Below, piece by piece: positions 53,558 through 64,000 of a stretch of 64,000 nt of DNA (within the stretch, counting starts at the first letter, position 1; each line of letters opens with the position of its first letter). Below the pieces are notes generated by a model. The model was not told where the DNA came from, ran no database searches, and saw nothing but the letters and a program-made list of their open reading frames with translations. The translations under genes were made by a program, and so were the position numbers. This DNA comes from Adineta vaga (lineage: Eukaryota; Animalia; Rotifera): assembly GCA_021613535.1 (NCBI GenBank), contig CP075494.1, positions 12,090,001-12,154,000 of the forward strand. Reading direction: 5' to 3'.

Positions 53558-54325
53558 GGTACTTTGGCAAGTTAGTAATATGTTTATGTTATCTACTTCT
53601 TATATTGTCGAGATATCGAAGTAGACGAGTGACATATGATTATTAGCGTTCTAGGAAAGTTGTTAACAATCTATATCTTTCTTTTGCGCAGTTAGTAAAA
53701 AGAATCGATTATTCATCGTAGAATGTCGACTATTCTTAGAAGATTTATTTCCATTGTTTATTTTGTATTTTGTATTTTATGATATATGAGAAAAATTACA
53801 TAACGAATAGAATTACTACTTCGAATACATATATACTCCGGCTTGTAGAGTAAAGATCATTGACATATGACATAAAGAATTGGATTGTAATCCACCAGAT
53901 TAATTGTATTACATAGCATGGATGATTACTGATACAATAGAGTCGTACTAAAATGAATCAAAAGTCAATGTACCAAATAATAAGTATTGTATTATCTCCA
54001 CAGAGATTTCATCGAATATTAGGAAAAATAAATACATTTATTCTTATATAATTCTTGAGAATCATTCACCGGGATAAATCTATGTTCTCTGATACATGAA
54101 TTTCATCAGTGGATTTATATTGAAATTCATTTTCATGAATTATATGTCTTCATGAAAAAGTGACATCTGCATTCTCATGTTTATCTTCTCTAGACACCAA
54201 TCAGGACAAGAGCTATTGACATTAATTCATTTTTCCATCACAATCAACAAAAACAAAACAAAAAAGAAGAAACAACGTGATTCAATTCATTTCGATAGAA
54301 TTCTCAGTCAAAAGATTTCTTCAAC

Positions 54326-55139
54326 ATGTTTCTTATTCCAATTGTATTGATGATGATGTTCTTATCGTCATCAGTCGTTTTTTGTGGTGATGAATTTGAA
54401 GATTATCGTTGTAAATGTGTATGTCCATCACTAACTGTTCTACAAGATCCATCTGTTAATGAAACTGATCGTCGCATTTATGTTGATGTTGTTCCACCTG
54501 ATAAATGTACATGTCAACTTGTCGTCTTTCGTTCAATTGAAGCTTCAAAAGATTTTAAAGAGAAATTTTGTCCGAGGTAAATGAATTCATATTTTCTTCA
54601 TAAATGAAAACAACTTCTATTTCTTCGTTTTTAGATGTGTTTGCAATTATGAAGTACGAAATACGACAACCATGAAGGTTAGTTTGAACACATTCGATTT
54701 AGATATAATTAAGCTTATTGGAATTGTTTATTTAGGTTGTAGTCATTATAATTATGGTTGCAATATCATTATTATTTATTTATATGTCATTTTTACTTTG
54801 TCTTGATCCAATTATGAATCAAAATAAAGCACCACCTACAACAAATATTACACGTCAAGCAAGAAATTATGAAAGACAAATCAATGAAGATGCTAATATT
54901 GATAATCCAACACAAGAATGTGTATTTAGTGAAGCTGCTGCAAGTGGACCACAAAATAGTCGACAACGTTCATCTACAGTATTGAATTTAGTAACACAAG
55001 AACAATCAAAATGGAGAAAAAATGTAAGATCTGCGAAAAATATTCTTTTATCAACAAACAAACAAATATTTCTTTGATTTTCTTCTAGGTACAACAACAA
55101 CGTCAATCAGTCTATAATAAACATGAACTACTTAATTGA
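54326..55139 (+). CDS. TMEM9: TMEM9/TMEM9B family protein (V-ATPase/CLC regulator), 4 exons
   Basis: EDYRCKCVCPS, FCPRCVCNYEVRNTTTMKV, FLLCLDP, VLNLV...QSKWRKNVQQQRQSVYNKHELLN. Confidence 0.95.
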
Positions 55140-55418
55140 TCTTTTTTTTCGTATGTGTGTTTTCTGTCATTCCGTATATTTCATTTATTCGATTATTTTA
55201 TTGCAAAGAAAAAAACAAATAAATTGTGTAATAGACACATGTGATTGGTAATCAAAAGACTTGAGTACGGATATATGCAATTAATTTTTATGTCAAAATA
55301 AGTACTTCTCATCTTTAATCAGATCATTTCCTGGAATCCTATTCAATAAGAAAGGAGTTGAATTTAACAATATTGACTAGTTTATTTATAAAAGAAAAAA
55401 ACACAAGCCCCGAAATAA

Positions 55419-55691
55419 TCAATTGATTTTTTTCTGTCGTCTTTGAGTTGCATAGAATTGTTTTCGTTGATAAGTAGGATCATCTTCAGCATCTGTTAAT
55501 TTTATACATTGACTTAATATATAAGCAATAACAATTGCACAAAATGTCATAAAACCAAATAAAATATACCAGGTTCTTTCATCGAACTCAATTGGTACAA
55601 CAGATTGAAATGTTAAAACAAGATGTTTTTGTACAGTTACATATGGTCGAGTTAAGAATCCAAGTAAGGCATTGAGAACACGAAATATCAT
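55419..55691 (-). CDS. Small 90-aa single-pass membrane protein of unknown function
   Basis: ATG-initiated ORF with coding-like codon use, one TM segment (FDERTWYILFGFMTFCAIVIAYILS) and a charged tail. Confidence 0.75.
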   Translation of the reverse strand: MIFRVLNALLGFLTRPYVTVQKHLVLTFQSVVPIEFDERTWYILFGFMTFCAIVIAYILSQCIKLTDAEDDPTYQRKQFYATQRRQKKIN

Positions 55692-55802
55692 AGAGATAGA
55701 TAATCTAGAAAAAATACAAACTTATATATTTCTTCTAATCAAGTAATTATTTCATTTTAATATGAATGTCTATATTGATTATTGAGAAAGAAAGAAAAGT
55801 GA

Positions 55803-58338
55803 TTACATTAAATGTTTAAAATTCGAATCAAGAGATGTTGAAATCGTTGTTGGTGGTGGAGAGAAATTATTGGTTTCACGTGCTGATTTTAAAGTTTCGA
55901 GTTCTTGTAATAATTGACGATGTTTTATTTCAAGTTGCTTTTGACGGAAGTTATTTAAAACTTCTAATTCTTCACGTTCTTCAGCTAAATAAAGAAGAAT
56001 TCATATTTCAATTAACAAATTCAATAGATTCTCTGTATTAAGAAGAATTCTTACCAACAAAGACATTTTCTGTTGTTGAATGTTCTTCTTTAAGTTCTGC
56101 AACATGATCAAAAATGAGGCCATCAACTTTTAAATCAATCAAAGATTTCGATACATCTTTATTACCTAAAATAATATCACGCGACTTTCAACGCAAATTT
56201 TCTGTTTCTTTTGCATTCATCTTACTCGCTTCATCTCCCCAAATGAATAATAATTTTCCATTTTCTTTAACATGTTTAACAAAATCTTTATCTGAGAGAA
56301 TATCAAGTGCAGGTGCAGCTAAACCAGATAAATGTTCAGCAACAATAAAACATAATCCAATATTAATTGACCATGTTCGTACATCCAAAAACTGTGTCCA
56401 ATCACCTTTATCGCCTTGTGTTAGAAATAAAACAGGAAATAAAGTTTGTTTACGTCGAAGCATCGATGCACAATCAGGATCAAAAGTTGATAGAACAATA
56501 ACACGTTTGCCCGCTAAATTAAAGAAGAAATTCGAAATCTGTTTTCTACAAATAACTTCTATTTACCATGAGCGATTAAACACCGGAGTATGCAATCGAT
56601 GTATTCATTTCTTTCGAAATAATAGTTTTGTTCACTTCCACCATGTCGATATTCCATAGCATATTTGATTTCCACATTAAAACCAAGATGTGGATCAAGT
56701 TGTTCGAATAATTCTTGTAATGTTGGAAATAATGATCGAAAATTTTTTTGACCTGTTTGATCATCTTCTTCAATGTCTTCTTCAACTTTACTAACATCTG
56801 TTTCACTAGCATGATGAATTTTTAACGATTGTAATTGTGGTAAAGTTAAATCTTTAACTGGAACGACAAATAATTCTGCTTGTTGAACTTTACGTTTCAA
56901 TGTTATTGCAACTTGAAAATCATGAAAAACAACAGGTACTTTATCTTTGGATAGTTGAACATCGAATTCAACGAAATCAAAACCAAGTTGATATGCACCT
57001 TTAAATGAAGCTAAAGTATTTTCACTAACGAATTTTGTTTGAACAGGTCGTGTAGTGGATGGCATTGATGACGACGCATTAGATACATTAAGTGATGGAT
57101 CACTTGAACGATGACGAAGTGGATCAGTTGAAGAATGTTTCGATGAATTATGTTCAGCATTTGTTTTACCTTGAAAAATAATTTTGAATTAGCATGTATA
57201 AATCAATCTATTTCTTACCTAAACCTCGATGTCCAACATTAACTGGTCTTCGACCTTCACGCCAATATTTCGATTGTGTTACAAGAAATTTTTGTGCAAT
57301 ACCTTCTAATGGTGTGATGAGTAGAACATCAATTTTAATTTGGCCAATTCTAAACAATTGAAAACAAAACCTTTAATATCTGTTTATTCGAAGGCAAAAC
57401 TACGAACGGATTATGTTTCAATCCAATAATTGGTACAAAACGATTGAGATGTTTATTATCACTTAATTCTAAATTTGAATGTACTGGTAAAACATATGCA
57501 AATCCGATATGTTTTCTTAATGGTGTTGTTTCGTCAACAAGATAGAAATCGATATGGTAAGCAAGATTTTCTGGTTCATATGTTTGAATTTTAACAATGA
57601 TATAATCATCTTTTCCAATAACTGCACCATAATCACTTTGAATATTTGTTTCACAACCTGATAAACGTAATAATGCTGATTGTATGAAAACTTTCGATGT
57701 TGGTGTAAGTTGTTGATTGGAAGAGTCTGGTGACATTTCATCATTCTCTTGTTGATAAGTCAAATCAATTGGCGAGACTTTTAATGAGATCGTTTTATCA
57801 CGTAATTTCGTTGACCAAATATGAAGAGCATTGGAATGAAAACGTAATTGAATTTCTGATTGACCTGTTAACCAGCCAATATCAGTTCGATGTATACCTT
57901 TATAACAACCGAATATTGCGGGAAATTCTTCTGGTTGTTGATTATCCGGAATATCGGTTGTTTCAATTGGATCAAAAGTTAATTGTCGTGCTGCTTTAAA
58001 TGTTTCCCCTTGAACACAAGAGATCTCTTTTTATATATTTACCTTTAATCATTAGAAAACTTACATTTCTTAACAATTAAATTCATATCATCGTCCATAC
58101 GTACAATTTGACCAATAACATATCGATATGCAATTTTATCGGTTCCATGAATTTTGATATTTGTTGACCAGACTTCTCCATCGTCAGTTCGATCAATACG
58201 ATTTAATGGTATGCAGCGATTTGGTAACCATTCACCTAATTGTTCACATGAACCAGTGACAAGAACACTATCAGATGGATTTAATTTTTCTTTAACTAAT
58301 ACACGAAATTCCACATCGTAGACAACGCGACGAATCAT
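55803..58338 (-). CDS. GPCPD1: Glycerophosphocholine phosphodiesterase GPCPD1/GDE5 (CBM20 + GDPD)
   Basis: CBM20 (VTGSCEQLGEW), VGHRG, ENTLASF, FVEFDVQLSKDKVPVVFHD, GFNVEIKY, STFDPD, VDGLIFD. Stop at 55803. Confidence 0.95.
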
Positions 58339-59022
58339 TGGTAATGTGTTTTGTTTTTTTCAAACAAAGTAGCAAGTAAAAGAATTCAAGAAAATATTGA
58401 ACGTTAATGAGAAAGTAAAAATAATTTTTCTTGAAACATCAAATTTATTCATAAAAATAAAGAGTAATCATAACATATAAAGAATTCGTTTTGTTCTTTA
58501 ATAGATAAATATACATTTGTAAATGAGACAATAGAAAACTTTGCTATGGTTCATATGAACACATTCGCGGCGTGATCGACTCGTGATTCATTGAATACAT
58601 CTTAAAGGACAGAATAGAATGAATAACATGTATCCAGTGATTTCTCTTCATATATATTTACATAGTCTAGATGTCAGACATGATCAGTAAGAAAAAATTA
58701 TTACAACGTCAAACGACAAAAACGTTTTTCAATAAACAGATGAATTATGGAATCAAAATCATTTTCTCCTCAGAGTATCTCATGTAAATAATAATAATAA
58801 TAATAATAATTAATATATACCCTTCTCTAAGACTGAATAGAGACATATAAGGACAGATTTAATCTTTCAAGAAATGATTCTTTCATTCGTTCGAGTATAT
58901 TTATTTACTGATTTCTTGGTTCTTCAACGAACCAAAACAATCATAATCAATATTTACAGATGTCGTATAAAGTATAATCTAAGTACCAACATATTTGATA
59001 GTAAAAAAAGAACATATTGATT

Positions 59023-59778
59023 TCAATGCAAATCTCTTTGATTTCCCGGACAAGTATTTTCCAATTCATCTAATGTTTCAAATGTTTGTCCACACCAAAT
59101 ACAATAGAAATGTTTCTCTCGTAAATATTCAGTTAATGTTTTCAATTGTAATTCCATCCTGAATTGATCTGTTCTATCATCTTCATCTTCTTCATCATCA
59201 TCATCATTATCTTCTATTCGATCTTGTTTATTCGAATTTTTCCACAAGATATTCTCTTCAAGATTGAATTTTTCTCGATCAAGTCTTTCACATATTGACT
59301 GACATTTTGCAATATCACTTTGCAGACGTTTGAAATGATATTTTTGTTTTAAATGATCTTGATATGTTGATTGAATTTGTTGATTAAATTTCGTTTTAAT
59401 TTCTTCTTTGACACGAACTTTTTCTTGTTTAGCATTTTGTTCGCCAAGGCCAGAACGAGATGAATGCATTTGTATTGGAATCGGTTCAATTAAACCATTC
59501 GATTGACTAATACCTAATTTTGTGCCTTCTTTATAACCCATTTTTTTTAATAATTGAAAACCTTTATTATCACTTGTGATGGCAGTGGATAGACCTTGTT
59601 CACGCTGTTCGATTTCAATTAATTTATGAGATTTTTGGGTGGGAACAGGTACAGGTAGAGGTGGAACACGACGACGAGGATTTAATAGTTGAGGAGCAGA
59701 TACTTGAGCTGCAGCAGCGAGAATTTTTTCCGACATATAATCATCTTCATCATCGTCATCGTGAACACGTTTCGACAT
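59023..59778 (-). CDS. GPATCH11: G-patch domain protein 11 (CCDC75); intronless
   Basis: EDDYMS, G-patch NKGFQLLKKMGYKEGTKLG...SGLG, C-terminal YLREKHFYCIWCG...CPG...H. Confidence 0.95.
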   Translation of the reverse strand: MSKRVHDDDDEDDYMSEKILAAAAQVSAPQLLNPRRRVPPLPVPVPTQKSHKLIEIEQREQGLSTAITSDNKGFQLLKKMGYKEGTKLGISQSNGLIEPIPIQMHSSRSGLGEQNAKQEKVRVKEEIKTKFNQQIQSTYQDHLKQKYHFKRLQSDIAKCQSICERLDREKFNLEENILWKNSNKQDRIEDNDDDDEEDEDDRTDQFRMELQLKTLTEYLREKHFYCIWCGQTFETLDELENTCPGNQRDLH

Positions 59779-60015
59779 TTTATTCACGATTAAAGACAAC
59801 ACTAGACTAGACTAGACTTGTGAATGATTTTTTTTTTGTAATTTCAATCAAATTTGTCATTGATCATTATTACAACCAGTGTATATGCAAAACTAAAATA
59901 CTTCAGATGGCGCTACTATTTCCTAGTTTTCTATATATATAATGGAAGATGAAAGTCGAAATTCAATCAATGACTTTTTATTTAGCTAAATACAGGAAAG
60001 ATTTTTCAAGATATT

Positions 60016-62037
60016 TCATCGACAATCTATGACATTTGTTGGATAGTCACACAGTTGCGTACGAAAATTGAATATAGTCATTTCTGGACATTCACCTTTC
60101 GATCTGAAAAAGATGTTTAATAAACTATTATAATCAAAACTTTCTTGACATCACTTACCTTTGTTGACAATCAATAAATCGTCGGCAATTGCCTGGATAA
60201 CGAATTCTCACTGGATGCGGTGTTATTCTTAAACATGGATCAACTAATAAACGATTCCAAAAGAGAGACATACAAGGAAGCGAGATATATATATTCAATC
60301 TACGAACCACATATGTTATTTTTATCTGATATAAATTGAAATGCACATTGACATGCACCATCTCGACATTCCGCATTTTCAATACATTCAGCAGTTGTTT
60401 GTTCGCAAACAGCACCTGGATCTCCACGACATTTATGTTCGAATGAATAATATCGATAGTTGACTTGACATGAACATACCGATGTCATCATTGTTTTATT
60501 ACACATCAAATTAGCTAAACAATCGATGTCACTCTGACATGACGCATCATATTCACCACCTATACGAAATAAACGAATTGAATAGGAAATAAAATGATCT
60601 ACTCACGACATTGTTTTCGTTCCGAATCATAATGATATAATGTTTGACAATGGCAACGTCGTGTACGATCTTCCATACCTGAACAAAGCATATATCGTTG
60701 ACAATCAGTATCTTTCGTACAGATTGCATCGATATCACCGACTAGATAGAATAAAAATAATTTATCAATGAAAATCTTTAAGATGTACTTACTGCATTGA
60801 TTATTAACTAAAGTATAATTGATAGCACATCGACAAATGCCTGATGATGATATTCGTTTTTGGTAGCATGTAAATGGTCGTTTACAATCATTATTATTCA
60901 TACAGGATTCACCATATTGTGCAACTAGAAGTACAAAATATGAATAATTTGATGTAGTCTAACATAATTATCATCTCTTACCACCATCAATGGCAATGAT
61001 ATTCGTCTTAGAAACGTCTCGATGAAGAACTAATGATCGACCTATACAATAATTGATCGAAATATGTAAACAATGCTTGTAAGCATAACATGGCACTACC
61101 TTGAAATACCCATAGTAGAAAAAATATCAAAACGAGTAAACTAATCAGAATAAGAATATAGATGAGTAGCAGACAACTGAGTAAACGTCGTTCTTTTGAT
61201 ACTCGTTTGAAACGATGTCGTAATCTACAAGAAATAAAATCTTCATCGATGAGATAAAGCTGTATAGAATCAGAATAATTACCTATGAAATTGTTCTGAT
61301 ATCGATATATTAGAATCAGATGATGAGAGGATTGTTTTAGTGTCATCATCATCATCATCATTATTATTCTTATTCTTATCATCATTGAATAATCGATCAT
61401 TAATATATGGTGTTGATTGTGTCTCAAGTTTTTCTGTAGTTGGCTGTGTAATAACATTCTCAACTTCGATAGTTAAGATTGGATCTGTTTCTATTGCTTT
61501 ATCACAATATTCAATCGATTCAAGTTTGGATTCTATTTGTTGTTTCTTTTCACCTTCAACCATACTTATATCATATTCATGATGTAATTCAAATTGTGGT
61601 GGTGGTAAATCTACTTGAATACTTTGATCTATTTGTTCAATATCTATGTTAAAAAAGTTTCTTCCATTTGACTCTGTTCCAACACATTTATCGTCGAAAT
61701 GATCATGTACAATTCGAGTCTTTGCTTTTTGTGATAATTGTTTAACAAAGGATGACTGTCGAAGATCTGTTTTACTGAATCGATCTGATTCAACAGTGAA
61801 AATGGACATCGTTTCATGATTCGACTTCATTTTTGGTTTAATTTGTTGCTGATTTTGTATATATGGGCATTGATCACCAAGGTATGCATCACGTGCGTCA
61901 CACCATCGTTTCAAAGCTGCATCAGACATACGAGGAATATGTAAAGCAGGAAAATTATTGTGACTGATACGATCGGATGGAAGTTGAACTTTCGATTTAC
62001 GATGTAAACTATTGTTAGTTAAACTTACGTTATCCAT
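60016..62037 (-). CDS. Type II membrane protein with Cys-rich EB-like modules and a C-terminal peritrophin-A/CBM14-like domain (start uncertain)
   Basis: Low-complexity N-terminus, TM LLSCLLLIYILILISLLVLIFFLLWVF, four GxxCxxxxDC...CxC modules, and terminal YPGNCRRFIDC...CPEMTIFNFRTQLCDYPTNVIDC. Confidence 0.8.
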
Positions 62038-62375
62038 ATTGGGAAAAGAACTCAAAAAAAACAATAGAACAAATAATATCGAGAAATATTTCAAAATACA
62101 ACTTTTCAGACAGATGATGTTGAAGGTTGTCTTCATTATACTACTCTAATGTTATCTATTTTTTCTTTTTGCAGACATTTCAACTTGAAAATATTGAATT
62201 ACACCCATACAGCTGAGTTCTTCTGTCCTTCATAATCATCACTATTCTTCTTCTTCTTCTTCTTTTCGAATAAATATCTTGTAAATGGAAGTTTTTATTG
62301 AAGAAATGAATTGATATACAAGAAGAAAAAAAACATTCGAATTATATTCTAATCTTAAAGATTGCGATTATCTTA

Positions 62376-64000
62376 TTAACCATATAGATGTCCGATGAAC
62401 AATAATAATATTAAATAAATATTATTATTCATTAGTTTCATTGAAGATGATGATAAACTTGCTAAAATTTTTCCTGATGACGGTGATGGTGATATTGTTG
62501 TTGAAATCCATGCTGGATTTTCATAATTAAATGCTGGATGATTAATCATCGATTTTGACATACCTGATTCATAATTACCACAATGACCATTTAAGATCGG
62601 TTGAGCAGGTATTCCTCGTCTAAACAAATAGAAATTATATCAACTGATCAACTCGAATACAAACCGTAATAAACGACATCGATGAACATCCTGTGTAGAA
62701 AAAAGATTCAATGAGAAATGAAGATATGAATTTATTTAAAAGTTTTACCAATCGAAACTGAGCATCTTCTGAATTATTGACACTTGCTGAACTCCATAAT
62801 CGTTCAGCGACTGCAGATGCTTTTGGCCAAAATCGTGATAATAAATTTGTTCCATCAACAAATTCACCCCAAAGACAAGCTTCTCCGCCAAGAATACGTT
62901 CTTTTGCTTCTTTTGATCCTACAAAAGATTCCTTATCATACTAATTCTCCTTTCAAATCTCCTACCTGAAAATTGTCGCAATGGTTCTACTTCATAATAT
63001 TTAAAAAATTCCAAATTCATCACTGATGCATCTGTATTATATTTTCCATAATTGATATAATTCAAATACCAAGGACTAGATAATATAACATTATAACCTT
63101 CATTGGCTGCTCTATTTAAATATGATGCCCATGAATCAAATTCAATATTATCACTTGAATCTTTCCAAACTTGAATAATTGTATCTGGTGGTAACTGAAT
63201 GAATCATCAATAAGAATTTACAAGAAAAATAAAATGAATGTTATACTTCAACTTTTTCATCCCAAACATCTTGCCAAACAATAGGTTTTACACTAATATT
63301 TCTTGTAATATCAAGAATACGATCAGCATAATATTTATGAAGACTTTTGGTACTTAAAATATTATTATCAACCATCCATTGACGAATATTTGGATTGGAA
63401 AGCCTTGAGAAGAAGATGTTTAAACAATCTTTGAAAAGAAAATAACTTAACTTACCAACACTTATCGTAAACTTCATCCATACCTTATGAAAGTAAAAAC
63501 AAACATTCTTTTCTTATTTATTGAACACGAAATTTCTTTCTTTTTCTTTCTTTTTTGTTTGACATACCAAGATGAATGTAATTCGAAGGAAATCGTTCTT
63601 TGACTTCTCGAAGAAGAGCATCCATTGTTGAATAAACTCGTGGCTCACTTGGATTGAAGATTTCCATTTGACCTTGAATTGAATATATTGCTTGATATGG
63701 TTTACCATGTGTCCAACAGACAGTAATCAATTCAGGCATTGATTTACTCCATGAGAATGTATGACCAGGTGTATCAATCTAATGTATCGAAGAGAAAATA
63801 TTCAAAAGAAAAGTTCACTTATGATTTTACTTCAGGAATGACACGAATACCACGTAATCGAGCATGTTCAATAACGTCAGCAACATCCGCTGGAGTATAG
63901 ACATGATCAGGAGAAAAGGCACCCTAAAATAATGAAAATATTTGAAGAAAGAAGAATAGTCTTACTCTTACCACTCGTGAAAGATTTGGAAATGTTTTAC
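62376..64000 (-). CDS. Beta-hexosaminidase (GH20, HEXA/HEXB-like), 5' part outside the window
   Basis: [73 protein letters not shown]. Confidence 0.95.

Noticed and set aside
54096-54156. Short inverted repeats (ATGAATTTCA...TGAAATTCAT; TTCATGAA x2)
   Set aside because: A 10-bp AT-rich stem is expected by chance, with no target-site duplication or MITE structure.
56114-56659. 181-aa plus-strand ORF
   Set aside because: Antisense shadow of GPCPD1 exons.
59023-59778. Horizontal transfer suggested by intronless genes (GPATCH11, AANAT, TMEM163)
   Set aside because: All resemble animal families and share the host codon usage. There is no bacterial or fungal signature.

Overview
AT-rich, gene-dense animal genomic DNA with mostly 45-90 nt GT-AG introns. 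Composition, intron size and gene content suggest a bdelloid rotifer (inference only). About 19 protein-coding genes were reconstructed by hand by checking splice phase. In order: a 22-repeat filamin, insect-type AANAT, TMEM163-like transporter, MCM10, a Ly6/quiver-like GPI protein, ATOH8/Net bHLH, a 93-aa four-exon gene absent from the ORF track, a Cys-containing articulin-like VPV-repeat protein, gliomedin/colmedin, a coiled-coil protein, a 5-Ig+FN3 adhesion receptor, MTMR6/7/8 with FYVE, a Pro-rich IIIRE-repeat protein, a secreted protein with an amphipathic tail, TMEM9, a 90-aa membrane protein, GPCPD1, GPATCH11, an EB/CBM14 type II membrane protein, and a partial GH20 hexosaminidase. No RNA genes, transposons or clear horizontally acquired genes were seen. 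Best leads: (1) a hidden isoform system in filamin, with two internal first exons (one prion-like Q/N/S-rich) and tandem hinge micro-exons near QKI/RBFOX-type motifs; (2) two intracellular epiplastin/articulin-like proteins, candidates for the rotifer intracytoplasmic lamina; (3) an operon-like GPCPD1 to small membrane protein junction; (4) a possibly GPI-anchored hexosaminidase next to a chitin-binding membrane protein. Family assignments come from recalled motifs, not database searches.
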